NCBI RefSeq assembly: GCF_009914755.1
Contig: NC_060934.1
Length of the DNA: 64,000 nucleotides
Source of the DNA: the human T2T-CHM13v2.0 reference genome, Homo sapiens
Reading direction: 5' to 3' (one strand)
Shown: piece by piece, positions 28,966 through 46,804 of the stretch
Numbering within the stretch: position 1 is the stretch's first letter
Layout of the letters: every line of letters starts with the position of its first letter
Translations under genes and position numbers: made by a program
The notes under the pieces: model-generated
What the model saw: the letters and a program-made list of their open reading frames with translations, nothing else
What the model was told of the DNA's origin: nothing
Database searches by the model: none

Positions 28966-30128
28966 TTGCCACAGTCAAACATTTTCTTTCTCCTTTTCCT
29001 CAACTGTCTCTAGCCCATTCCTTATATATACAGGTTCTGGCATAATTGAAAGTTATCATTAATGACAAAAAATGGTTACATTTATCCAAATGTGATCAGT
29101 GTTAGCAGGACTGATCGTGTCCCTATTCACCTGCTCCCACTCTTCCTGTGTTCTAAGAGCCTTAGTATCCTTTTACATTATGCTGTGCATTAACAGCATT
29201 ACAGGGTGGACAACATGGCTGCTGAGGTGCTAAGGTTGTTATAACCAGAGGTTTCAATTTACTGCCTCTATGTGCAATTTATTAAAAGCTATAACGTCTT
29301 AGAATAAAGCTTAATAAAACAAATCAAACCCTGTGTTTCCAAGACATATTTTAAAGAGAAGCTTTTATTAGGCGGTCTTTTAATTAACCATTTGCTGTCA
29401 AAAATAAACCATACCATGCAGAAATGTGGTTTCTACTGGTATGTCTTTCTCTTTCAACAGTTACTTATCACCTCAGCCTTCCTCTGAAAATAGTAACCTC
29501 TCAAAAGAGATGAGTATCACATAAGGTTTTGCATTTTTCTGTTGCCTGTCAATTTGCTTATTTTTAAATGTATTTATAACTGCATTTTTTAACAAATGAA
29601 AATTCTAGGTATGACTCTTTTATGTTGTTTATTTTCCTTTAAAGTAAATATTCTTGTGGAAATAAAACAGGAATATAACAAAGTGAATAAATCATTGATT
29701 TTTCATGAAGTGAATGCAATTTATGACCAGAGAATAGATCAATAAATGCAATACTTACCCACACCTTTGAAGACTCTCTCATTTCCTTTATCACGCACCT
29801 TTCAACCTCCAATACCTAACTGCATAATACCTAACTGCTTGCTTGGGTTTTAAATACATGAAATGCATCAAGTAAACCTTTTTCATATGAGATCAGTAAA
29901 ACCCAGAAAGAAGAAATGACTCATTCAGGGTTGAACAATGAGTATAGGAATTAGCACCAGTACCGCATTCTCACATGCACCTTCAAACAGCAGGGCAGAA
30001 ATAACAATCAACATTAAGCATGTACTGGGAATATGGCAGAGTAGGCAGCACCAGAAATCTGTTTTCCTATCTAGGCAATGTCAGAATCTGTCTGATATAA
30101 CAGTTTTGTAAATCTGGAGTCTATTTAA

Positions 30129-30536
<408 letters not shown>

Positions 30537-33500
30537 TAGTAGTAGTTAACTTACCCCACCCCTTAGCCCCATGGCATGCAGCCACATATTCCAGGAAGAA
30601 CCTGCACATAGCTGCTGGGAGCCCAAGTGGGCAAAACAAAGGACCATTTTTTTTGCTAATATGAGGGATTTGGGTTCTCATCACTGATCACTGCTTCTGA
30701 TCACAAGAGTTGCACATAAAGGTGGTAACCATTGGTGCCTCTCCTTTTATTGTTTCAAGCACCTCACACCCTGGCTGAGGTGTCTCCTAGGAGACTTAAA
30801 GAACTGGTGCTGGTGCCACCCCCATCTCTCTTTTTCCTTTTCCTCTTTATGGAGCCATACATTGAAGACCAAGGCACTCAAAGGCATTCTCATATATGGG
30901 TAAAATTAGAAAGTCACCACACATGCCCAGGGGAAAGCACGGACTAAGAAAAGACGTGAAAAGACCATAGGATTATACCTCACTCTAATACTTGGTACAG
31001 ATATGATCCAAAAATAAAAGAAAGAAAGAAAGAAAAACTGAAAACAACAAATTCTGGGGAAGGAGAAGACCTCATTTCCAGAGCTACCACAGTATTAGAT
31101 GGAAATGTCCATTTTCCAACAAAAGATTATAAGATATAAAAAGAAAAAGAAAAATATGGCTAATAAAAAGTAAAAAACAAAAACAACAGAAACTCAGCCT
31201 ACAAATGAAATGCTTGGCAGAGCTACCAGACAAAGACTAGAACAACTGTCTTTACAGTGCTCCAAGAACTAATGTATGACATGAATAAAGTCAAGAAAAA
31301 TGATGTATAAACAAAACAGAAAATAAAACAGTTAGAGAACCAAAAAACAATTCCAGAGCTGAAAAATACAACAACTAGAATAAAAAATTTATCTAGATGG
31401 ATTCAAAGGCATATTTCATCAGGCAAAAGTAAGAATCAGAGAATTTGAAGATAAGACAACCAAAATTATCAAGCCTGAGGAACAGAAAAGAAACTGAAAA
31501 AAGTGAACAGAATTTAAAAGACCTGTGGGACACCATCCAACAGGTGAATATGCACACTGTGTGAGTTCCAAAAGAATAGGAAAAAATGAAGGGAGAATAT
31601 TTGAAGAAATAGCGGCAGAAATTTTGCCAAATTTAATAAAAGACATGAATATAAATATTCTCAAAAGCTCAATTAACTTTATGTAGGATTAACTCAGAGA
31701 CCCCCATGGAGAGACACAATCAAATTGTCAAAATCCAAAGACAAAGAGATTCTTGAAAGCAGAGAGAGAGAAGCAACTCATCCCATACAAGGGACCCTCA
31801 ATAAAGTTATATGTAGATTTATCATCAGAAATTTTTGAGGGGAGAAGGTAGTGGGTTGATACATTCAAAGTGCTAAAAGACAACAACTGTCAACCAAGAA
31901 TTTTATATCTGGCAAAATTGTCCTTCAAAAGAGAGGGGGAAATGAAGACTTTCCTAGATAAACAAAAGCTGAGTGAGATTGTTACCATTCCACCTGTCCT
32001 GCAAAAAATGCTCAGGGAGACCTGCACGTTGAAATGGAAAAAACAAAACAAAACAAAACAAACAAACAAACAAAATCATTATAAAGTAACTCATTAAAAG
32101 AAATAAATACCTGAGTAAAATAAATACATAGGCAATTATAAAAGCTAGCATTATTGCAGTAATAGTGTACAATTCCATTTTTTGCATGATTTAGTAGACT
32201 AATACATCAAAAGTTGTAAGTCTAAAAGCTAGTATTACTGTATCTTTGGTTCGTAACTTCACATTTTGTTGTCTATATAATTTAAGAGAATAACACATTA
32301 AAAGTTTTTAATGTATTTGAATACACACTCTATGAAGATGTATTTTTATTAACACCTGAAAGAGGTATGGTTAGGGCTATTAAAGGTGCAGATTTTTAGT
32401 ATATTATTCAAGTTAAATAGGTATAAATTCACATTTGTAATACATGTAATAACTCTAGGATGTGAAATGTAATCCCTCATTGTAACTACAAAGAAAATAC
32501 CTACAAAATATAAATAAATGGAAACTAAATGTTTCACTGAAAGAAAATCAACTAAACACATAAAAGACAGTAATACAGAAAATGAGGAATAAAAAGCTCT
32601 AAGACATAGATAAAACAAATAGCAAAGAGCAGAATAAGTCTTTTATCAGTTGTTGCTTTAAATATAAATGAATTACACTCTTCAATCAAAATTCAGAGAT
32701 TGGTAGAATGCATAAACACAGATGACCCAATAATATGTTGTCTATAAGAGACTTAATTTATAACCAAAAATCCAAATTGGTTGAAAGTGAATGTGTGGAA
32801 AAGAATATTTCATCCCAATAGTAATACTACAATATTTCATGAAATAGATATTTCATGGCTATACTACTATCATATAAAATAAAATCTAGGGCAAAAACAT
32901 TTATAAGAGACAAGGACATTTTATATAAGTAAAATATCTAATATAGCAAGAATATATAAGAATAAAAATATGTGTGCATCTTATATTAGACTATCAAAAT
33001 ATATTAAGCAAAAATTGACAAAATTGAAGGGAGAAATAGTGAGTTCTACAATAATACTTGAAGACTTATAAACCTCTTTTTAAATATAAAATAGAACAAC
33101 TAGACAGAAGATAAGGATATAGAGAACTTAAACAACACAACAAATTAACTAGATCCTAAAGACATATACGTAATAATTCTACCCAACAAAAATAAAATAC
33201 ACACTCTAGGGTACACATGAGTCATTTTCCAAGATAGACCATATGTTGGTCCTCAAATTAAGTTTCAACAGATTAAAAAAATAGATATCAGACAAAGTAT
33301 ATTTTTCAATCACAAACAGATAAAACTAGAAGCCAGAAATAAAATATAAACTAGAAAATTTACAAATTTGTGGAATTTAACCACACACTCGAATAATCAG
33401 AGACTTAAGACACAAATTACAAGAGAAATTAAAAAACACTTAGAGACAAATAAAAACAGGAACGCAACACATCAAAACTTATGGAAAATAGAGAAATTGC

Positions 33501-36500
33501 TGCTAAGGGAGAATTTTATACTTATAAGCATTTACAGTAGAAAAAAGATATCAAATCAATAACCACTTAAATAAATAGAAAAAATGCATACTAAACCTAA
33601 AAATAGCATAAATAAAGAAATAATAAATACTAGGGCAGAGATAAAAGAAATACAGAGTAGAAATGTTTTAGAGGAAATCAGTGAAAGCAAAAGTTGGTTT
33701 TTGAAAATATTAAGATTGAGAAACCTTTAGCTCTCTGGACTAAGGAAGAAAGGAAAGACTGAGATTGCTTAAATAAGAAATGAAAGTGTAGGGGTGGCTG
33801 GCAAGATGGCTGAATAGGAACAGCTTCAGTCGGCAACTCCCAGTGAGATCAATGCAGAAGGCAGGTGATTTCTGCATTTCCAACTGAGGTACCCGACTTA
33901 TCTCTTTGGGACTGGTAAGGCAGTGGCTGTAGCCCACGGAGGGCAAGCAGAAGCAGGGTTGATCATCGCCTCACCTGGGAAGCGCAAGGGGTCAGGGAAC
34001 TCCCTCCTCTAGCCAAGGGAAGCTGTGAGGGACTGTGCCATGACAGACACTGCACTCCAACCCCAGGTACTATGCTTTTCCCATGGTCTTTGCAACCTGC
34101 AGACCAGGAGATTCCTCAAGTGCCTACACCACCAGGCACCTGGGTTTGAAGCACAAAACTGGGAGGCTGTTTGGGCAGATTCCAAGCTAGCTGTAGCAGT
34201 TTTTTTTTTTTTCATACCCCAGTGGCACCTGGCATGCCAGTGAGACAGAATCATTCACTCCCCTGGAAATGGGGCGCTGAAGCCAGGGAACCAAGTGGTA
34301 TAGCTTAGCGGATCTCAACCCCATGGATCCCAGAAAGCTAAGATCCACTGGTTTGAAATACTCTTTGCCAGCACAGCAGTCTGAGGTCCACCTGGGATGC
34401 TTGAGCTTGATGCGGGAAGGGGTGTTTGCCATTACTGAGGCTTAAGTAAGCAGTTTCCCCCTCACAGTGTAAACAAAGCTGCTCGGAAGGTCGGACTTGG
34501 CAGAGCCCACTGCAGCTCTGCAAAGCTGCCGTAGCTAGACTGCCTCTCCAGATTCCTCCTCTCTGGGCAGGGCATCTCTGAAAGAAAGGCAGCAGCCCCA
34601 GTCTGGATAGATAAAACTCCCATCTCCCTGGGACAGAGCACCTGGGGGAAGGGGCGGCTGTGGGTGCAGCTTCGGCAGACTTAAATACTCTTGCCTGCTG
34701 GCTCTGAAAGGAGCAGCAGATCTCCCAACACAGCGCTCGAGCTCTGCTAAGGGACAGACTGCCTCCTCAAGTGGGTCCCTGACCCCAGTGCCTCCTGATG
34801 GGGAGACATCTCCCAACAGGGGTAAACAGACACCTCATGCAGGAGAGCTGGGGTTGGCATTTGGTGGGTGTCCCTCTGGGACAAAGCTTCCAGAGGAGGG
34901 AACAGACAGCAATCTTTGAGGGGTCTAATTGTTAGAATAAAAACTAACAAACAGAAAGGAATAGCATCAACGTCAACCAAAAGGACATCCACACAAAAAC
35001 CCCATCTGAAGGTCACCAACATCAAAGACCAAAGGTAGATAAATCCACGAATATGAGGACAAACCAGCACAAAAAGGCTGAAAATTCCAAAAACCAGAAT
35101 GCCTCTTCGCCTCCAAAGGATCACAACTTGCCAGCAAGGGAACAAAACTGAACAAACAGAGAATGAGTTTAACAAATTGACAGAAGTAGGTTTCAGAAGG
35201 TGGATAATAAGAAACTCTTCTGAGCTAAAGGATAATGTTCTAACCCAATGCAAGGAAGCTAAGAACCTTGAAAAAAGTTAGAGAAATTGCTAGAATAACC
35301 ACTTTAGAGAAGAACATAAATGACCTGATGGAGCTGAAGAAGATAGCATGAGTATTTTGTGAAGCATACACAAGTATCAGTAGCCAAACTGACGAAGCGG
35401 AAGAAAGGATATCAGAGATTGAAGATCAGCTTAATGAAATAAAGCATGAAGACAAGATTACAGAAAAAAGAAAGAAAAGGAATGAACAAAGCCTCCAAGA
35501 AATATGGGACTATGTGAAATGACTAAACCTACATTTGATTATTGTGCCTGAAAGTAATGGGGAGAATGGAACCAAGTTTGAAAACACTCTTTGGGATATT
35601 ATCTGGGAGAGCTTCCCCAACCTAGCAAGACAGGCCAACATTCAAATTCAGGAAATACAGAGAACATCACAAAGACACTCCTCAAGAACAGCAACCCTAA
35701 GACACATAATCCTCAAATTCACCAAGGCTGAAATGAAAGAAAAAATGTTAAGGGCAGCCAGAGAGAAAGGTTGGGTTACATATAAAGGGAAGCCCATCAG
35801 ACTAACAGTGGATCTCTTGGCAGAAACATTACAAGCCAGAAGAGAGTGGGGGTCAATATTCAACACTCTTAAAGAAAAGAATTTTCAAACCAGAATTTCA
35901 TATCCAGCTAAACTAAGCTTCATAAGCTAAGGAGAAATAAAATCCTTTACAGACAAGCAAATGCTAAGAGATTTTTGTCACCACCAGGCATGTCTTATAA
36001 GAGCTCCTGAAGAAAGCACTAAATATCAATATCAGCCGGTGCAAAAACATATCAAATTGCAAAGACCATCAACACTATGAAGAAACTGCATCAACTCATG
36101 GGCAAAATAACAAGCTAACGTCATAATGACAGGATCAAATTCACACATAACAATATTAACCTTAAATGTAAATGGGCTAAATGCCCTAATTAAAATATAC
36201 AGACTGGTGAATTTGATAAAGAGTCAAGACCCATCGGTGTGCTGTATTCAGGAGACCCATCTCACGTGCAAAGACACACATCGGCTCAAAATAAAGGGAT
36301 GGAGGAATATTTACCAAGCAAACGAAAAGCAAAAAAAGCAGGAGTTGCAATTCTAGTCTCTGATAAAACAGACTTTAAACCAACAAAGATCAAAAAAGAC
36401 AAAGAAGGGCATTACATAATTGTAAAAGGATCAATGCAACAAGAAGAGCTAACAATCCTAAATATATATGCACCCAATACAGGAGCAGTCAGATTCATAT

Positions 36501-36831
36501 AGCAAGTTGTTAGAGACCTACAAAGAGACTTAGGCTCCCATACAATAATAGTGGGAGACTTTAACACCCCCCTGTTAATATCAGATAGATCAACGAGACA
36601 GAAAATTAAGAAGGATATTGAGGACTTGAACTCAGCTCTGGACCAAGCAGACCTAATAGACATCTACAGAACTCTCCACCGCAAATCTTCTCAGCACCAC
36701 ATTGCACTTATTCTAAAATTGACCACATAATTGGAAATAAAGCACTCCTCAGCAAATGCAAAAGAAAGGAAATCATAACAGTCTCTCAGACCACAGTGCA
36801 ATCAAATTAGAACTCAGGATTAAGAAACTCA

Positions 36832-38758
<1,927 letters not shown>

Positions 38759-39171
38759 AAGAAACTCACTCAAAACTGCACAACGACATGGAATGTGAAC
38801 AAACTGCTCCTGAATGACTACTGGGTAAATAAAGAGATTAAGGCAGAAATAAATAAGTTCTTTGAAACATATGAGAACAAAGATACAATGGACTAGAATC
38901 TCTGGGACACAGCTAAAGTAGTGTTTAGAGGGAAATTTATAGCACTAAATGCCCACAGGAGAAAGCAGGAAAGATCTAAAATCGACACCCTAACATCACA
39001 ATTAAAAGAACTAGAGAAGCAAGAGCAAACAATTTCAAAAGCTAGCAGAAGACAAGAAATAACTAAGATCAGAACAGAACTGAAGGAGATAGAGACACGA
39101 AAAACTGTTCAAAAAAAATCAATGAATCTGGGAGCTGGTTTTATGAAAAGATTAATAAAATAGACATATGA

Positions 39172-39363
<192 letters not shown>

Positions 39364-41462
39364 TAAACCAGGAATAAATCAAATCCCTGAATAGACCAAT
39401 AACAAGTCTGAAATTGAGGCAGTAATTGATAGCCTACTAACCAAAAAAAAAAAAAAAAAAAAAATCCCAGAACCAGATGGATTCACAGCCAAATTCTACC
39501 AGAGGTACAAAGAGGAGCTGGTACGATTCTTTCTGAAACTATTCCAAACAATAGAAAAAGAAGGACTCCTCTCTAACTCATTTTATGAGGCCAGCATCAT
39601 CCTGATACCAACACCTGGCAGAGACACACACAAAAAAGAAAATTTTAGTCCAATATTCCTGTGAACATCGATTCAAAAATTCTCAATAAAATACTGGCAA
39701 ACCGAATCCAGCACCACATCAAAAGCCTTATCCACTACAATTAAGTTGGCTTCATCCCTGGGAAACAAGTCTGGTTCAACATACACAAATCAATAAATGT
39801 ATTCCATCCCATAAACAGAACCAATGACAAAACCACATGATTACCTCAACAGATGCAGAAAAGGCCTTCGATAAAAGTCAACACCGCTTCATGCTAAAAA
39901 CTGTCAATAAACTAGGTGTTCACGGAATATATGTCAAAATAATAAGAGCTATTTATGACAAACCCACAGCCAATGTCATAAAGATGATCAAAAGCTGGAA
40001 GCATTGCCTTTGAAAATTGGCACAGGACAAGTACGCCCTCTCACACCACTACTATTCAACATACTATTGGAAGTTCTGGCCAAGGGAATCTGGCAAGAAA
40101 GAGAAATAAAGGGTATTCAAATAGGAAGAGAGAAAGTCAAATTTTCTCTGTTTGCAGACAACATGATTGTATATTTAGAAAACCCCGTCGTCTCAGTCCA
40201 AAATTTCCTTAAGCTGATAAACAACTTCAGCAAAGTCTCAGGATACAAAATCAATGTGTAAAAATCACAAGCATTCCTATACACCAATAATAGACAAACA
40301 GAGAGCCAAATCATGCATGAACTCTCATTCACACTCGCTACAAAGAGAATAAAATACCTAGGAATACAACTTATAAGGGATGTAAAGGACCTCTGGAAAG
40401 AGAACTACAAACCACTGCTCAAGGAAATAAGAAAGGACCCAAACAAATGGAAAAACATTCCATGATCATGGATACAAATAATCAATATTGTGAAAATGGC
40501 ATATTGCCCAAAGTAATTTATAGATTCAATGTTATCCCTATCAAGCTATCATTGACTTTCTTCACAGAATTAGAAAAAACTATTTAAAATTTCATATGGA
40601 ACCAAAAAAGAGCCTGCATAGCCAAGACAATCTTAAGCAAAAAGAACAAAGCTGGAGGGATCATGCTACCTGACTTCAAACTATACTACAAGGCTACAGT
40701 AACCAAAAGAGCACGGTACTGATACCAAAACAGATATACAGACCAAAGGAACAGAACAGAGGCTTCAGAAGTAATGCCACACATCTCCAACCATCTGATC
40801 TTTGACAAACCTGACAAAAACAAGCAATGGGCAAAGAATTCTCTATTTAATAAATGGTGTTGGGAAAACTGGCTAGCCATATGCAGAAAACTGAAACTGG
40901 GTCCCTTTCTTACACCTTATACAAAAATTAACTCAAGATGTATTAAAGACTTAAATGTAAGACTTAAAACCATAAAAAGCCTAGAAGAAAACGTAGGCAA
41001 TAACATTCAGGACATAGGCATAGACAGACTTCATGACTAAAACACCAGAAGCAATGTCAACAAAAGCCAAAATAGAAAAATGAGATCTAATTCAACTAAA
41101 GAGCTTCTGCGCAGCAAAAGAAACAATCATCAGAGTGAACAGGCAACCTACAGAAGGGGTGAAAATTTTTGCAGTCTATCCATCTGACAAAGGGCCAATG
41201 TCCAGAATCTACAAGAAACTAACAAATTTCTAAGAAAAAAAAACAAACAACCCCATCAAAAAGTGGGCAAAGGATATGAACAGATAATTCTCAAAAGAAG
41301 ACATTTATGTGGCCATCAAACATATGAAAAAAAACTCATCATTACTGGTCATTAGACAAATGCAAATCAAAACCACAAGGAGATACCATCTCACTCCAGT
41401 TAGAATGGCGATCATTAAAAAGTCAGGAAACAACAGATGCTGGAGAGGATATGGAGAGTTAG

Positions 41463-41804
<342 letters not shown>

Positions 41805-42857
41805 TAAATTTGTTCAACCATTGTGGAAGACAGTGTGGTGATTCCTCAAGGATCTAGAACCAAAAATACCATTTGACCCAGTAATCCCATTGCTCCATAT
41901 ATACCCAAAGGATTATACATCATTGTACTATGAAGACACATACAGATGTATGTTTATTGCAGCACTATTCACAATAGCAAAGACTTGAAACCAACACAAG
42001 TGGCCATCAATGATAGACTGGATAAAGAACATGTGGCACATATACCCCATGGAATACTATGCAGCCATATAAAAGGATGAGTTCATGTCCTTTGCAGGCA
42101 CATGGATGAAGCTGGAAACCATCATTCTCAGCAAACTAACACAGGAACAGAAAACCAAACACTGCATGTTCTCACTCTAAGTGGGAGGTGAGCAATGAGA
42201 ACACATTGACACAGAGAGGGGAACATCACACACTGGGGCCTGTCAGGGGTGGGAGGTTAAGGGAGGTATAGCATTAGGAGAAATACCTAATGTAGATGAT
42301 GGGTTGATGGGTGCAGCAAACCACCATGGCACATATATACCTATGTAACGAACCTGCATGTTCTGCACATGTATCCAAGAATTTAAAGTATAATTTAAAA
42401 AGAAAATATATATAATCAAATTCATTTTCATAGAATGTAGGGCTCCAGTTATACATAACCATTTTGTCCACTTCTGAAATGATTAGCAAAAAAAATCGCA
42501 TGTATACTCCTCTTAAAAAAAAAGAAATGGAAGTGTGAATATTACTAAAAATTCTACAGAAATAAAAAGGATTAAAAGAGAGTACAATGAATAATTTTAT
42601 ACCAACATACTGGATAGCCTAGATGAAACTGACCAACTCCTCAAAACACAAATCCTACCTAACCTAAAACACAAAGAAATTTAAAAAACCCTCAGTAGCC
42701 CTAAAGATAGCAAAAATATAGAATTAGTAATAAAAAATCATTCAGCAAAAAAAGCCCTGGACCTGATAGTTTCATGGGTGAATTCTGCCAAATATTTAAA
42801 TAAGAATTAACACCAATCCTTCTCAAGACTTTCCAAAACTCTGAAGAGGAGGGATAC

Positions 42858-43143
42858 TTTTTTTTTTCTTCAGACAGGGTTTCACTCCCACTCCCCAGGC
42901 TGGAGTGCATTAGTGTGCTCTTGGCTCACTACAACCTGCACCTCCTGGGATCAAGTGATCCTCCTGCCTCAGCCTCCCAAGTATCTGAGACTGTAAGTGC
43001 AAGCCACCATGCTGGGCTAATTTTTGTATTTTTAGTAGAGACAGGTTTTTGACATGTTGTCCAGGCTGGTCTCAAACTCCTGACCTCAACTGACCTGCCT
43101 GCCTCAGCCACCCAAAGTGCTGGGATTACAGGCATGAACCACT
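42858..43143 (-). mobile_element. Alu (J/S-like) inside the old L1M
   Basis: Poly-T plus antisense dimer, slightly 5'-truncated. Confidence 0.92.
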
Positions 43144-43363
43144 GGGCACTTTCTAACTGATTCTATGAGAGCAGCATTACCCTGATACCATAGCCATACA
43201 AAGACACTCCAAGAATAGACCTCACACCAATATCCCTGATGAATATTGTTGCAATATTCAAAAACAAAATTCAGCAGCATATCAAAAGGATTACATACCA
43301 TGACCAAGTCAAATTTATTCATAGAATGTACTGAAGGTTCAGCATATGTAAGCCAATCAATGT

Positions 43364-43681
43364 GGGGGTGGGGGTTGGAGGAAAGGTGGGGGTGGTTAAC
43401 GGGTACAAAACAATAGTTAGAAAGAATGAATAAGACCTAGTATTAGGTAGCACAACAGGGTAACTATAGTCAATAACAATTTAATTGTAAATTTCAAGTA
43501 ATGAAAAAAATATAACTGGATTGTTTATAACACAAAAATGCTTGAGGGGATGGATACCCATTTTACATGATGTAATTAGTACACATTACATGCTTGTATT
43601 GAAGCATTTCATGTACCCCACAAATATATACACCTGTTATATACCCACAAAAATTAAAATTAAAGTTTTAAACAATAAAAA
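43364..43681 (+). mobile_element. L1MA2-like 3' end inserted in the old L1M
   Basis: 'gggtacaaaacaatagttagaaagaatgaataagacctag...tacccacaaaaattaaaat'; TSD gtaag(cca/tct)atcaatgt at 43348-43363 and 43682-43697. Confidence 0.85.
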
Positions 43682-44766
43682 GTAAGTCTATCAATGTAAC
43701 ATACCATATTAACAGAATAAAAGTAAACAACCTCACATGGACATCTCAATTGGTGCATAAAAAGCATTTGACAAATTTCAGTAAAACTCATGGATTGATG
43801 ATAGAAAATACTCAACAAACTAGTAAAAAAGGGAAACTACCTCAATATAATAAAAGCTAAATATGAAAAACCCACAGTGAACATCACGTTCAATGGAGAA
43901 AGACTGGAAGCTTTTCCTATAAGTTCAGGGACAAGGCAAGAATGCCTCTTTTGCCACTTATATTCAACATAGTACTGGAAGTCCCAGCCAGAGGAATTAG
44001 GTTAGAAAAACAAAGAAAAGACATTCAAAATTGAAAAAAAAAAAAGTAAGTTTATCTCTGTTTACAGATAATATAATCTTAAATGTATAAAATGAGTATT
44101 TTGCAAAAACCTATTAGAACTAATAAATGAATTCAGCAAAAGTATGTATAGTAGGAACAAAAACAACACACAAAAATTACTTGCAGTTATATACATTAAC
44201 CATGAACAATCCAAAAAAATGAAGGCAACAATTCCATTTATAATACCATTAAAATACTTAAAGGTAAACCTAACACAGATGAGGAAGACGATGAAAATGC
44301 AAAGCACACTAAAGAAATTAAAGAAGACATAAATAAATGTCAAGAAATCTTACGCTCATGAATTGAGAGACTAATGTTGTTAAGATGGCAATACTATTCA
44401 AAGTGATCTAGAGATTTAATCTAATTCCTATCAAAATCCAAATAACATTTTTTGCAGAAAGAGAAAATAACTTTTTGAAGTTCATATGAGAGCTCAAGGA
44501 ACTCTGACTAGCTAAAACAATTTGATAAAGGAGAACAAAGCTTGAGGGCTCATACTTCCTGATTTCAAAAGTTACTCTAAAGCTATAGTACTATAGTAAC
44601 CAAAACATTTAGTGATTCGAGAAAAAAAAAAAACACTTGCATGTATGGTCACATGATTTTCAACAAGAGTGTCAAGATCATTTCATAGGAATACAGCAGT
44701 CTTTTCAACAAATAGTGCTGGGAAAGCTGATTATTTCAATTCAAGAGATTGAAGTTGGACTCTTAC

Positions 44767-45128
44767 TGTCTTAGTCAGTTTGAGCTGCTCCAACAAAATG
44801 CCACAAACTGGGTGGCTTATAGACAACATAAATTTACTTCTCATTTTACTGGAGGCTGGAAGTCTGAGATCAAATTGCTAGCATGGTCGGCTTCTGGTGA
44901 GGGCCCTCTTTCAGGTTGCAGGCTGCAAAGTTATTATATCCACACATGATAACAAGAGAAATTGTTAGATCCTTGCTTGTGTGCTTCTTAATAAAGACAC
45001 TAATTCATGAGGCCTCCACTGGCATGGCCTAATTACTTCTAAAAGGCCTCTCTTCTAAATATTCTCACATTGGGTTTAGGGTTTCAACATGTAAATTTTG
45101 AGGGGACAAAAACTTGTGGTTCTTTGTA
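44767..45128 (-). mobile_element. MLT1A-like solo LTR inside the old L1M
   Basis: 'tgtcttagtcagtttgagctgct...ggaggctggaagtctgagatc'; flanks cttac/attac. Confidence 0.85.
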
Positions 45129-45950
45129 ATTACCTAACACCATATACAAATATTAACTCAAAATACATTCATGAACTAAATATAAGACCTTAAACTATAA
45201 AAATCTTTAAAAAACATAGGCCAAAATCTTCATTACATTAGATTTGGCAATGTGGTTTATTGTATATGACACCAAACATACAGGCAATAATGACAACAAA
45301 AAAAGTAGACAAATTGGCCTTCATGAAATGCTTTTTTAAATGTGCATCAAAATATACTAGCTAAAGAGTAAACAAACAATCCTCTGAATGGGAGAAACTA
45401 TTTACTAATTACATATCTGATAAAAGATTAATATCCAGAATACAGAGAAAACTCTAAAACACAACCACAAAAACAACAACTGAGTGCAAAAATGGGCAAA
45501 AAGCTCGAATAGACATTTCTCTAAAAGAGATTCACATATGGCCAAAAAGCAAATGAAAAGATGTTCAGCATTACTAATCATTAGGAAATGCTAATCAGAA
45601 CTACAATAAGATATCACTTTAAACTCATTAGGATGGCTACTATAAACACAATAAAATAAAAAGTTTTGACAAGTATTTGGAGAAATGGGAATCCTTGTGC
45701 AGTATTGGTTGGAATGTAAAATAGTACAGCTTCTGTGGGAAACAGTGTGGAATTTCCTCAAAAAATTAAAACTAGAATTACCATATGATCTAATAATTCC
45801 ACTTCTGGGTATATACCCCAAATAATTGAATATAGGGTCTAAAAAAGATATTTGAGATGTTTCTACATTTATGTTCATAACGCCCTTATTCACCATAGCT
45901 AAAATGTGGAGGCAACCGAAGTATCAATTGATAGATGACAAGCAAAATTG

Positions 45951-46005
45951 TACACACACACAAACGTGCACATGTGAGCACACATGTATGCACACACACA
46001 CACAC
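45951..46005. repeat. Imperfect (CA)n
   Basis: Direct read. Confidence 0.8.
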
Positions 46006-46804
46006 GTCCCAGCACTTGAGCAATGGACTTCAGCCTTATTTCATAGCAATCAATGTTGAGTATTGCCTAATTTGTGCCAGGGAGATCAGGTCCAAAATTA
46101 TACACTAGAGTTTCTCAGCCCACATCACTTTCTCTACAATTCCTAAGTAATTATTTGAGAGAAAATTACAGTACACATTAAATAAAGTAATTTATTTCAT
46201 AGACAAATCTCAGACTAAGCATTATTGAGATAGCAATTTTTAAAAAGGTAATTGTGGAATTAGGAATACATTTTTTATAAATCAGTAATTATTTTACTTA
46301 GAACATATAAAATGACTTTTAAAGGAGGACCTTTTTTAAAAAAAGGTTATAAAGAGTTTTACTGGATCAAATGAAAGTTTCAAGTTTTATTAGCAAAGAA
46401 TAAAAAGGCTAATTAGAATTGGTTTTATAGGTCTATATGCTCATTTTCAATAGGGGCTTATAATGAATTTTGAGGGGACATCTGATTTGGCTGGATTCTC
46501 ATTAACACATTTATGCAACACTGAGTTAAGACTGGACTAAGAGAAAACTGGTGCTTATTCTTTCTACTTCTTTCACATGATACCAACTCTCAGTTTGTCA
46601 TCAAGAGTTTGCATCTCCTCAGTTTCACCAGCTGATTTCTGAAGAGTTTAACCACCTTTACAATTCTATAGTTATGAGATTTTGAAGGTCTGTCTGTTGA
46701 AAGCTACAACTGTCTTAATATTAGTAACAGCAATAGATATTTGTTGAGCTCTTTAAAATTGCTATCATTAGTGCTAAGTGTTTTATATAGTTTGTCACAT
46801 TCGA

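Noticed and set aside
34009-35253. Antisense ORFs in the L1 5'UTR as functional ORF0-like genes
   Set aside because: Such frames are typical of GC-richer L1 5'UTR sequence, and nothing in the sequence supports expression.
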